Of a stretch of DNA of 64,000 bases, positions 17,744-26,988 are shown one piece after another. The translations under genes were made by a program, and so were the position numbers. The DNA comes from Magnetococcales bacterium (GTDB taxonomy: Bacteria > Pseudomonadota > Magnetococcia > Magnetococcales > JADFWT01): NCBI GenBank assembly GCA_015233785.1, contig JADFWT010000001.1:27752-91751 (forward strand), given 5' to 3'. Position 1 is the stretch's first letter; each line of letters opens with the position of its first letter. Under the pieces are notes generated by a model, which saw nothing but the letters and a program-made list of their open reading frames with translations, made no database searches and was not told where the DNA came from.

Positions 17744-19642
17744 TCAGGTGAGAAACTCACGCCAGAGCGGCTCCAGAGAGTCCCGATAGTTCTCCCAGGC
17801 CATCACCGAACTGCTGTAGATGGGCTTACGAACCTGACTGACGCTGGCTGTGGTCACCACCCGCTTGTTCTTATGAAACGCCATGCAGCGCGCATCCCAC
17901 CCCAGGTTGCAGTGCTCCAGAAGCAGGCGGGTCTCCCGCTCCTGATCCGCCACCAGCGCCTCGTAAGAGAGATCATAAATTCTGCCGGGCGCCACCCGAT
18001 GCCAATGCGCCATCAACGACTGATAGGCCCGGTAGTAACGCCCCAACTCGGAGAGGTGGTAGGCGTAGGGATGCGGCTCGCTGAACAGGGTCTTGAAGAT
18101 GGAAAAACAGGTGCCCATGGGATGGCGCACGCAGTGGATAATCTTCGCCTTGGGCAGCGCCGAGAGAATCCATCCTATATGCATATAATTATTGGGCATC
18201 TTATCAACAATATAGGGCGACTCAGGCGCACAGGCATGCAGTGCCTCCAGATAGCGCTGGCCCATGGTGCGAATCTGCTCGCCACTCAAGGCCCGGCTAT
18301 CCTGCCGCCAGCTCACCGGCGGACCAACTCGCCCTCCTGAGTTATGAGAAATCTCCCGCCAGAGCTTCTGCACCTCCAGCGGCATCTGTACCCGCTCTCC
18401 GGCGCCATACACCTGCGGGTGGCTGGAGAGTATCTGCTCAGCCAACGTGGTGCCGGAACGAGGCATGCCGAGAATAAAAATCGGTGCTTTATCCTCAACA
18501 CCGAACCTCTGCCAGCGAGCCAGGAAATCGGCATCCATCATCTCTTGGAGAAATCCAAAGCGCGCCTCGTCCTCCGTGACAAAGTAGCGATGACGCGTCC
18601 GCTCCATGCGATTGCCCGCCGCCAGATGATCAAAGGCGCGACGATGATCCCCAAGATCCTCATGCAGCTTGCCTAACGCAAAGGCTAGATTGGTGCGCTC
18701 AAAACGGCTGATGCCGCGCTTGGTGTAGAGCCGCTGCATCGCCTCGGTATAATGATTGGTCTCCCGCATCCGCCCGCAGGAGACCATGTGCCGATAGGCG
18801 ATGGCGCAAGAGGGATCGATGGTGACCGCCTGCTCAAAAGCTGTCCGTGCCTCCTCCAGACGCCCCAACCCTTTGAGTGTCACCCCAAGATTGTTGTAGG
18901 TGGCGGCTTGTTGCGGGTTCAGCTCCAGTGCCTGCCGATAGCACACCTCCGCCTCTTCCAGTCGCTCCAGCATCCGTAATGTATTGCCGAGATTACCCAG
19001 GGCATCCGGGTAGTTGGGACGTATCTTCAACGCTTGACGAAAATGGTCGTGGGCCTCCTGGAAGCGGTTTTTGGAGACCAAAAGATTGCCCAAATTATTA
19101 TGGGCAGCAGCCAGAGTGGGCTTGTGATGAATGGCGCGCTCAAAACTGCGCATCGCCTCTTGAATCTGACCGCGATCCTTATGGGTCAGCCCGAGATTGT
19201 TGTGGGCCTCCGCCAGATCGGGCTTAAGAACAATCGCCCGATGCAAGGCCACCCCCGCCGCCTCCAAACGCCCCTGAAGACGCAACAGATGGCCCAAATT
19301 GTTATAGGCCATGGGGTTGTTGGGCTGTAGCGCCAACGCCTTGCGGTAGCAGGCCATGGCACCGCTTCTATCTCCCAAATCAAAACGCGTGATGCCAAGA
19401 TTATTCAGCGCCGGAGCCATCTTCGGATTGGCGGCCAGGGCATATTCAATCAACCGCCTGGCATCCTGCATCCGGCCCTGCTGCCGAGCAATGAGACCCT
19501 GTCTGTGCAGCGCCTCGGCATAGTGGGCGTCCGCCGGTGAGATGGCCTCAAATCGGGCCAGCGCTTCATCCAATGCCCCCTGCTGATGCAGCGCCATTCC
19601 CTGCTGAAAAATCGCCTGAAAGTTGGACGCCTGGGCCACCAT
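17744..19642 (-). CDS. TPR repeat protein fused to a sulfotransferase domain (TPST/RaxST-like PAPS-binding motifs)
   Basis: The ORF is open to 19714. I prefer ATG 19642 (MVAQASNF), which has GGGGGAG about 7 nt upstream. N-terminal TPRs are followed by FILGMPRSGTTLAEQIL (5'-phosphosulfate-binding loop) and IIHCVRHPMGTCFS (3'-phosphate motif region). Confidence 0.85.
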   Translation of the reverse strand: MVAQASNFQAIFQQGMALHQQGALDEALARFEAISPADAHYAEALHRQGLIARQQGRMQDARRLIEYALAANPKMAPALNNLGITRFDLGDRSGAMACYRKALALQPNNPMAYNNLGHLLRLQGRLEAAGVALHRAIVLKPDLAEAHNNLGLTHKDRGQIQEAMRSFERAIHHKPTLAAAHNNLGNLLVSKNRFQEAHDHFRQALKIRPNYPDALGNLGNTLRMLERLEEAEVCYRQALELNPQQAATYNNLGVTLKGLGRLEEARTAFEQAVTIDPSCAIAYRHMVSCGRMRETNHYTEAMQRLYTKRGISRFERTNLAFALGKLHEDLGDHRRAFDHLAAGNRMERTRHRYFVTEDEARFGFLQEMMDADFLARWQRFGVEDKAPIFILGMPRSGTTLAEQILSSHPQVYGAGERVQMPLEVQKLWREISHNSGGRVGPPVSWRQDSRALSGEQIRTMGQRYLEALHACAPESPYIVDKMPNNYMHIGWILSALPKAKIIHCVRHPMGTCFSIFKTLFSEPHPYAYHLSELGRYYRAYQSLMAHWHRVAPGRIYDLSYEALVADQERETRLLLEHCNLGWDARCMAFHKNKRVVTTASVSQVRKPIYSSSVMAWENYRDSLEPLWREFLT

Positions 19643-19717
19643 GACACGCTCCCCCTGCTGAAGTGATCGAAAAAGAGATATTAACACGCATGACGACGCG
19701 GTTGAATGCGACAATTA

Positions 19718-22087
19718 TCAATTTGTCGTCAACGCCTTAAAAACCTTCTCCGCACCAGGTGGAATGCTGGTGAGATGCAGCTGCAACGTCCCCGCCTCTT
19801 CATCCTGGGCCATCACCTTGCCGTAGAGCTGATCGGAGATAGAGAGACCATCGGCATCAAACAGCTCCAGTTGCAAATTGGTCAGACGCCGCGCCTTGAG
19901 ACGGGTTGCAATCTCCAAGAGCTTACCGTCCATGGCGCTGATACGACCGGCATGACGCGCCTTATCACTCCGTTTGCCCTCCAGAACCGCCATCATCACC
20001 TCCGGGCCATTCTCCAGAAACTTTAACTCAGGAGGCCTCGGCTCCGGCAACTGAATGCCGTAAAGGCCTCGAATACCGCCAATCAGGTAGATGGGAACCG
20101 GCTCGGGAACCCCCTTTAAGGAGACCCGCCATTCATCATCGATGCGGGCCAGATTGTTGCACCCCTTCAGGGTGGTCTCAGAGATCAACACCTGCCCACC
20201 AATGGTTTGCGACTCCACCCGTGCCGCCAGATTGATGGTCGCCCCCACGACGCCGTACTTGGCCCGCAGATCCGAACCGATATTTCCAGCTACCACCGAT
20301 CCGCTGTTGATGCCAATCCCCATGGCCGCTTCGGGAAAGCCACGAGCACCGAACTTGGCATTCACCTCCGGCATCGCTTTCTGCATCTCCAGGGCGCAGG
20401 CCACCGCCCGCTGGGGATCATCCTCATGGGTAACCGGCGCGCCAAACAGCGCCAGAATGCCATCGCCAAGGAACTCAATGATGGTGCCGCTATATTTCAG
20501 GATGATCTCGGTCATGCGCTCCAGATAGATGTTGAGCATGGAGATCACCTCTTCCGGCGGCAAGCGCTCGCTAATGGCGGTGAAGCCCCGCAGGTCGGAC
20601 ATCATCACCGTCACCTCCTTCTGCTCACCCCCCAGACGCAACCCCTCGGGTCGATCCAGAATCGATGCCACCACCTCATCGGACATATAGCGCCCAAAGG
20701 TCTTGCGAATAAACAGGTTGGCCCGATTCAGCCCCTCATTGAGGTGCTTCTGCTCAAACAACATATGCTCCAACTCTTTGTTGAGCTGACCCTTCTCCTC
20801 CGTGGCCTGCTCGGCACTCTCCAAAGCCTTCTGCAACTCCTCTTGCGTGTGTTTGCGCTCCACCGCCACCTGCAACACAAACGCCAGTTGGTCGATCACC
20901 TCACGCGCCTCATCGGTGATCTGTATCGCCCCTTCCAGATGGAGAAAAAAGAGCGCAAAAACAGTATCACGCCCCGGTGAGAAGAGCGGAATCAACAGTC
21001 GTGCGCCATCCAGATCTTCGGGAAACTGCTCCTCATAGCCATGCTGGTGGTGCACCTTCCAACTACTGCGATCCTGAGAGAAGTAACGCATGAACTGGAG
21101 GGGGAGCATCACCACTTCGCCCGCATAGCCGCTCTCGGCACTCAGACGAAGCCCCTGACCATTGTCGCGAAGGGTGTAGAACTCCATGCCGGCGGCGGGA
21201 AGCATTCGGCGAGTAATCTCCAGAAGCGCTTCCACAATCTGGTCAAACTCCCGGTGGGCAACCATCGCCTCTTTAATATCCCGCAACATATCGTTGAGCG
21301 TGGTCAGCCGTCGCACATCGGTACTATCTGCCGCTTTCAGATAGAGCCCGCAATCCAATTTTTTCAGGCGGCTGAAAATCTCGGGGACCAGGTGACCGGG
21401 AATAATGGAGCCGTGCTGGGGGGCTATCATGCCGAGCTCCAGCTTCTCCAGCTTCAAAAGCCCATTGAGCAGCACCTCTCGGCTAGGCATGTAGTGCTCG
21501 TGAAATGGGCGCATCGCCTCAAAATAGTCGGCATCCCGAGCCACCAATGTCCAGTCGTCGGTAAAGCCGCCAAACAGATCGCTGGAGAATAGAATGCGAC
21601 TCTCCTCATCATAGGTGCAGAACGCCCCAGGAAAGTGCAAATAGGGGGTGAAGACAAATTTCAGCCGACGACTGCCAAGATCAAGATGCCAGCCGTGATC
21701 CTGCTCGATACACTTTAATGGCATTTTGAGATCATAATGCTTAAGCAGTACGTTGGCCCGCCAATGGCTGAGAAGATAGGCATCATCCCGCGTCACCATG
21801 GCGTCAATGGTGGGCATGATGGCTGTGATGTCGGGATCCTGATGCTGGCAGAGAAAATATCGAATATTACTGAATTCGGTAATCTTCTTGATCTTTTCCA
21901 GGGTGTGATCAAAGGTGAGCTTGGAGCCGGGATCAAACAGAACCGATTGATCGCCGTTCTCAATCAGATAGGCGTGGCACTGAAAAGGATCCCCAGGAAG
22001 ATAGTGGCCAACCCACCAGGTGCGATCTGCAATCTCAATGGGATGATCGGCGGAGGCGTATTGAATGTGATCTAAAGGGTCGCTCAT
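19718..22087 (-). CDS. Class III nucleotidyl cyclase with N-terminal metallo-beta-lactamase/flavodiiron-like domain and GAF-like linker (cyclase 1)
   Basis: The ORF is open to 22171, but I prefer ATG 22087 (MSDPLDHIQY). The N-terminus reads WWVGHYL...CHAYLIENGDQSVLFDPG...LCQHQDPDITA...HFPGAF...SSDLFGG...APQHGSII. The catalytic domain reads VTVMMSDLRGFT...IIEFLGDGILALFGAP...KYGVVGATINLAARVES. Confidence 0.85.
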   Translation of the reverse strand: MSDPLDHIQYASADHPIEIADRTWWVGHYLPGDPFQCHAYLIENGDQSVLFDPGSKLTFDHTLEKIKKITEFSNIRYFLCQHQDPDITAIMPTIDAMVTRDDAYLLSHWRANVLLKHYDLKMPLKCIEQDHGWHLDLGSRRLKFVFTPYLHFPGAFCTYDEESRILFSSDLFGGFTDDWTLVARDADYFEAMRPFHEHYMPSREVLLNGLLKLEKLELGMIAPQHGSIIPGHLVPEIFSRLKKLDCGLYLKAADSTDVRRLTTLNDMLRDIKEAMVAHREFDQIVEALLEITRRMLPAAGMEFYTLRDNGQGLRLSAESGYAGEVVMLPLQFMRYFSQDRSSWKVHHQHGYEEQFPEDLDGARLLIPLFSPGRDTVFALFFLHLEGAIQITDEAREVIDQLAFVLQVAVERKHTQEELQKALESAEQATEEKGQLNKELEHMLFEQKHLNEGLNRANLFIRKTFGRYMSDEVVASILDRPEGLRLGGEQKEVTVMMSDLRGFTAISERLPPEEVISMLNIYLERMTEIILKYSGTIIEFLGDGILALFGAPVTHEDDPQRAVACALEMQKAMPEVNAKFGARGFPEAAMGIGINSGSVVAGNIGSDLRAKYGVVGATINLAARVESQTIGGQVLISETTLKGCNNLARIDDEWRVSLKGVPEPVPIYLIGGIRGLYGIQLPEPRPPELKFLENGPEVMMAVLEGKRSDKARHAGRISAMDGKLLEIATRLKARRLTNLQLELFDADGLSISDQLYGKVMAQDEEAGTLQLHLTSIPPGAEKVFKALTTN

Positions 22088-22424
22088 GACTAACGAACAG
22101 CTCCTGATTGCACAGTAAAGCTCTACCGGCACGACCACACTTTGCGCCGACGGACTTGCCTCCCCCCACAATCTGGCTGCATCAATTCATACCATGAAGC
22201 GAAGCCTTCCCCTCTTTCGGCCCCAGCATAACTCCTGCATGATTATGAACCATTTATTATTATTGTCGGATCATACAGAACATGAGATAAAACGACCACT
22301 TTTTTGTGACGTACCTTCCGGTTTCATCCATTGCAGACCCTGATGGTTCAGGAGAGACTACCCTCTACTTTCAGTTATGGAGCGACCTCCTGACAACCAC
22401 CCTTCAAGTCATTGATCCTCTACC

Positions 22425-24653
22425 ATGGCAACGCCTCCCACTCCCACGACACTCATTGAGCTATTCCACCTGGGCGTAGAACACCACCATGCCGGACGAC
22501 TCCCAGAAGCGGAGACACTCTACCGGCAGATTCTGGAAGCCGACCCCTTGCAGGCCGAAGTGTGGCATCAAATAGGCCTGCTTGCCTACCAGTTGGGCCA
22601 GCCCCAACAAGCGACCCAACTGATCGGAGAAGCCCTGCGCCTGCGCCCCGACGATGCCGCCGCCCATTGCAACATGGGCAACGCCTTGGCCGACTGCGGC
22701 GCGTGGGATCAAGCCGTGGCACACTTGCACCAGGCAACCACCTTGCAGCCCGCCATGCCGGAAGCCCATCTCAATCTGGGCAACACACTGCGCAGGCGCG
22801 GCGGACCAGGGGATCTGGAGGCCTCCCTGGAGAGCTGTCAAGCGGCCATCCGGCTGCGTCCAGCCATGCCGGAAGCCCACCTGAACTGTGGCAATGCCTT
22901 GAAAGCGTTGGCGCGTTACGATCAAGCCGTCACAGCCTTTGGCAGAGCGATCCGGTTGGCCCCCGATTATGCCGATGCCTACAGCAATCTCGGCAGCACG
23001 CAACAAGCGTTAGGCCAATTGGATGAGGCCATTGCCAATCATCATCATGCCATCTCCCTAAATCCCAACCAGGGACTCTTTCATGGAAATCTTGGCCATG
23101 CATTGCGGGAGAAAGGGCTACTTGAACAAGCACTTAAAAGCTTCCGCACCGCCGCCACACTGAGCCCGGACCAGGCCAAAGTTCATGACGATCTTGGTCA
23201 AATTCTCTCGCAACTGGCATGCCCAGACCAGGCCCTGGCCTGCTTTGAGACCGCCCTGAAACTGGAGCCGGATAGCGCTCACCTCCTCCAGCAGATGGCC
23301 CTACAACTCAACGATATGGGGCGTACCGAAGAGGCGCTGACATCGCTCCAACAAGCAGTGGCATTGGCCCCAGACCGCCCTGAACTACACGCCTCCTTGA
23401 TCTTTACCAAAGACATGACGCCGGGTATTGAGATACAGGCTCAACAAACAGAGCGACAACGCTGGGTGAAGCGCTACTGCTCCAAGGTCCATGCCGGGAC
23501 GCACCACCCTAACAATCCTGACCCGGCACGGCGATTACGAGTCGGCTATGTCTCTGCCGATTTTCATCTCCACTCGGCAGCCTCTACCTTCGGGGCCTGC
23601 CTGCTGCACTACGATAGAGATCAATTCGAACTGTACGCGTACGCCAACAACCGCACACGCCCCGATCAACCGGATGATGCCGTCACCGAAAAGTTTCGGC
23701 GCTCGGTGGACCACTGGCGGGATATCGCCCATCTGGACGATGATGCCCTGGCCACTTTGGTTCGCCGAGACCGCATTGATATTCTGGTGGATCTCTCCGG
23801 TCACTCCACCGGCAACCGGCTGGAGCTCTTCGCCCGGCGTCCAGCCCCTATTCAATGCACAGGCTGGGGCTACATCCAGGGAACCGGCATGAAGACCATC
23901 GACTATCTGATTACAGATCCAGTGATTCTTCCTCCGATTCAGCGTCCAACAATTACGGAAGAGGTACTGGATCTACCTTGCGGCGTGCATCTGCAACCCC
24001 TTGGAAAATGGCCGGAACCTGCGCCCATTCCAGCCTTGAAGCGTGGCTTCATCACCTTTGGAACCTTCCACCGCACCGACAAGATCAACGCCAAAACACT
24101 CAAGCTCTGGGCCAAGGTTTTGGCAGCGGTTCCCCATTCGAGACTTCTGATCAAAATTCCCAAAAATAGCACCGATTTTTTTGGGGGCTATTATCGGCAG
24201 AGCTTCAAGAGTCACGGCGTTGATCCTCAACGTATTGAGCTTTTAGGGGCCACCTCTCAATTTGATCATCTGGCCTGCTTCAATAAGGTGGATATCGCCT
24301 TGGACCCCACGCCGCACTGTGGCGGCGTTACATCGCTGGAGGCACTTCGCATGGGAACGCCGGTAGCAACGCTCTGGTGCGAGACCATCGCAGGCCGGCT
24401 CTCCGCATCATTTAACGCCACCCTGAACTTGGCATCCTGGACCGCAGAGTCCGAGTCGCAATTCATTGAGATTGTTAAGATAAAATCATCCGATATTTCA
24501 AACCTATCCAAGCTAAACAGCAGCCTTCGAGAGCGCTTTGACCGCTCTATCCTGGGAGATCATAAGCTCTATATGCACCATCTGGAGGCACTCTACCGGC
24601 AGATCTGGCAACGATGGGTAGCCGACCATCTCCCCAGCCATGACGCAAGCTGA
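22425..24653 (+). CDS. TPR-GT41 (OGT-like) glycosyltransferase, paralog 5 (subfamily B)
   Basis: 742-aa ORF with variant motifs RVGYVSADFHLHSAASTFGACLL and DIALDPTPHCGGVTSLEALRMGTPVATL. Confidence 0.85.
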   Translation: MATPPTPTTLIELFHLGVEHHHAGRLPEAETLYRQILEADPLQAEVWHQIGLLAYQLGQPQQATQLIGEALRLRPDDAAAHCNMGNALADCGAWDQAVAHLHQATTLQPAMPEAHLNLGNTLRRRGGPGDLEASLESCQAAIRLRPAMPEAHLNCGNALKALARYDQAVTAFGRAIRLAPDYADAYSNLGSTQQALGQLDEAIANHHHAISLNPNQGLFHGNLGHALREKGLLEQALKSFRTAATLSPDQAKVHDDLGQILSQLACPDQALACFETALKLEPDSAHLLQQMALQLNDMGRTEEALTSLQQAVALAPDRPELHASLIFTKDMTPGIEIQAQQTERQRWVKRYCSKVHAGTHHPNNPDPARRLRVGYVSADFHLHSAASTFGACLLHYDRDQFELYAYANNRTRPDQPDDAVTEKFRRSVDHWRDIAHLDDDALATLVRRDRIDILVDLSGHSTGNRLELFARRPAPIQCTGWGYIQGTGMKTIDYLITDPVILPPIQRPTITEEVLDLPCGVHLQPLGKWPEPAPIPALKRGFITFGTFHRTDKINAKTLKLWAKVLAAVPHSRLLIKIPKNSTDFFGGYYRQSFKSHGVDPQRIELLGATSQFDHLACFNKVDIALDPTPHCGGVTSLEALRMGTPVATLWCETIAGRLSASFNATLNLASWTAESESQFIEIVKIKSSDISNLSKLNSSLRERFDRSILGDHKLYMHHLEALYRQIWQRWVADHLPSHDAS

Positions 24654-24762
24654 TCGTGGAATCATAAGGCCCATCTCTTTAAACGACTGAAAAGAACGCT
24701 TAGGATGAGTGCCTATCGAACCCATAGACCGTTCACCACCGCTGGAATCATCCGAGCCCACC

Positions 24763-26988
24763 ATGCCCACATCGCCCCACTTGCCTACCCCGGAAGAAGC
24801 ACTCCAACGCGCCATCGAACACCATGAAGCGGGGCATCTCACGGATGCAGAAGCGCTCTATCGCCAACTCCTGACCACGCACCCCCAACACGCCATGGCC
24901 TGGCATCGACTGGGACTGCTGGCGCTTCAGGTGGGACAGCCCCAGCAAGCCTCCCAGTTTATCGGCGAGTCCCTGCGCCTGGAGCCCAACGATGTCGCCG
25001 CCCTCTGCAACATGGGCCATGCCCTGGCCAGCTTCGGTGAATTCGACACCGCCATCACCCATCTACAACAGGCCACAGCCCTGCAACCAAACATGCCCGA
25101 GGCCCACCTTAATCTGGGTGAATTCCTACGTCTACGAGGAGCCGTTGGAGATTTGACGGCGTCGGAAGCCAGTTGCAGAGAGGCCATCCGCCTGCGTCCC
25201 AGCATGCCGGAGGCACACAATAATCTTGGCACGCTCCTCAAAGAGAGAAAACGTTACGGTGAGGCGGTCGAGGCCTTTGAAAAGGCGCTCCGCTTGGCCC
25301 CGAAATATGCCGACGCCCACACCAATCTCGGCACGACCTATGAGGCAATGGGACGTCTGGACGAGGCGATTGCCAGCCACAAGAAGGCCATTGACATCGC
25401 CCCTGAAAGCGGTCTGTATCACAGCAATCTAAGCCATGCTCTGATGACCAAAGGAGATCTGAAAGCCGCCAGAGAAAGCGGCGAGATGGCGGTTAAGCTA
25501 CACCCCGATTTGGCAAAGATTCACGCCAACCTTGGGCAGGCCCATATTCGTCTCGGCAGGCCCGATCAAGCGCTCATCTGCTTTCAAAAGGCTACCGAGC
25601 TTGAACCCAATCACGCCACTTATCTCAACCAGATCGGTGCCAATCTGGCCGATATGGGGCGCTGCACGGAAGCACTGGAGCCCTTAAGACGTGCATCCGC
25701 CATGGATCCCGGCAACCCGGAACTACATAATGCGCTGATCTTCTTTCTGGATATGACCCCTGGCGTCCAAACCGGTGATCATCAGCAAGAGCGACAGCGA
25801 TGGGTGGAACGCTTCCTGGCGGACACGGTTCCGTTTGGAAAGCACCATAACGATCCAGACCCACAACGCCCGCTTCGGGTGGGGTATCTCTCCTCCGATT
25901 TTCACAGCCACTCGGCAGCCTCCACTTTCGGAGCCTGTCTGCTGCACTACGATCGAACGCAATATGAGCTGTTCTGCTACGCCAACAATCAGCAGGGAGT
26001 CGGTAAGTGCGAAGATGAGGTGACCAATCGATTCCGTCAGTCGGTGGATCACTGGCGAGAAATCTCCCATCTGGACGATGAGGAAGTGACCCAAATGATT
26101 CGCTCGGATTGCATTGATATTCTGGTGGACCTATCCGGCCACACCACCGGCAACCGGCTTCGGGTCATGGCCCGACGTCCGGCCCCGATTCAATGCACCG
26201 GCTGGGGCTATAATCTCGGCACCGGGCTCTCCGCCATCGACTATCTGGTGATCGACCCGATCATGCTCCCCCCGGAAGAGCGCCCCCTTTTTGCCGAACA
26301 AGCGATGGATCTCCCCTGCGGTATCCATCTGCAACCGTTAACCGATTGGCCTGAACCAGCTCCGCTCCCGGCCCTGACCCATGGTACCATCACCTTCGGC
26401 TCGTTTAACCGCACCTGCAAAATCAACCCGGAGTTGCTGGCCTTATGGGGCCGACTGCTGGTCGCTGTTCCCGAATCGCGCATGCTCTTCAAAATCCCCA
26501 AACTGGAGACCGACTTCTACCTCAACTACTATCGTGAGGTGCTGGCTTCCCACGGCGTGGAGCCGCAACGGGTGGAGGTGCTGGGATCTACTTCACAATA
26601 TGAGCATCTGGCAGCCTTCAACCAGGTGGATATCGCCCTGGATCCCATCCCTCAAGGAGGCGGCATCACCTCGCTGGAAGCACTGCGTATGGGCGTGCCG
26701 GTCCTGACGTTGAAATACCCCACCATCACCGGGCGTCTGACCGCTTCGTTCTGCCATGCTTTGGATTTGGAGGATTGGGTCGCAGAGCGCCCGGAGGCCT
26801 GGATCGCCATCGCCCAAAAAAAAGCCCAAGATCTCGATGCTCTGGCTGCGCTTCGACGGGGACTTAGAGTGCGCTTTGACGACTCCATACTCGGCAATCA
26901 TGCCCTCTATATGCACCACCTGGAGCGACTCTATCGACAGATGTGGAAACGCTGGTCGGCTGGCCAATCAGAGCGTGCCCAGCTTTAA
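24763..26988 (+). CDS. TPR-GT41 (OGT-like) glycosyltransferase, paralog 6 (subfamily B)
   Basis: The ORF is open from GTG 24709. ATG 24763 (MPTSPHLPTPEEALQRAIEHHEAG) fits paralog N-termini better. Motifs: RVGYLSSDFHSHSAASTFGACLL and DIALDPIPQGGGITSLEALRMGVPVLTL. Confidence 0.8.
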   Translation: MPTSPHLPTPEEALQRAIEHHEAGHLTDAEALYRQLLTTHPQHAMAWHRLGLLALQVGQPQQASQFIGESLRLEPNDVAALCNMGHALASFGEFDTAITHLQQATALQPNMPEAHLNLGEFLRLRGAVGDLTASEASCREAIRLRPSMPEAHNNLGTLLKERKRYGEAVEAFEKALRLAPKYADAHTNLGTTYEAMGRLDEAIASHKKAIDIAPESGLYHSNLSHALMTKGDLKAARESGEMAVKLHPDLAKIHANLGQAHIRLGRPDQALICFQKATELEPNHATYLNQIGANLADMGRCTEALEPLRRASAMDPGNPELHNALIFFLDMTPGVQTGDHQQERQRWVERFLADTVPFGKHHNDPDPQRPLRVGYLSSDFHSHSAASTFGACLLHYDRTQYELFCYANNQQGVGKCEDEVTNRFRQSVDHWREISHLDDEEVTQMIRSDCIDILVDLSGHTTGNRLRVMARRPAPIQCTGWGYNLGTGLSAIDYLVIDPIMLPPEERPLFAEQAMDLPCGIHLQPLTDWPEPAPLPALTHGTITFGSFNRTCKINPELLALWGRLLVAVPESRMLFKIPKLETDFYLNYYREVLASHGVEPQRVEVLGSTSQYEHLAAFNQVDIALDPIPQGGGITSLEALRMGVPVLTLKYPTITGRLTASFCHALDLEDWVAERPEAWIAIAQKKAQDLDALAALRRGLRVRFDDSILGNHALYMHHLERLYRQMWKRWSAGQSERAQL

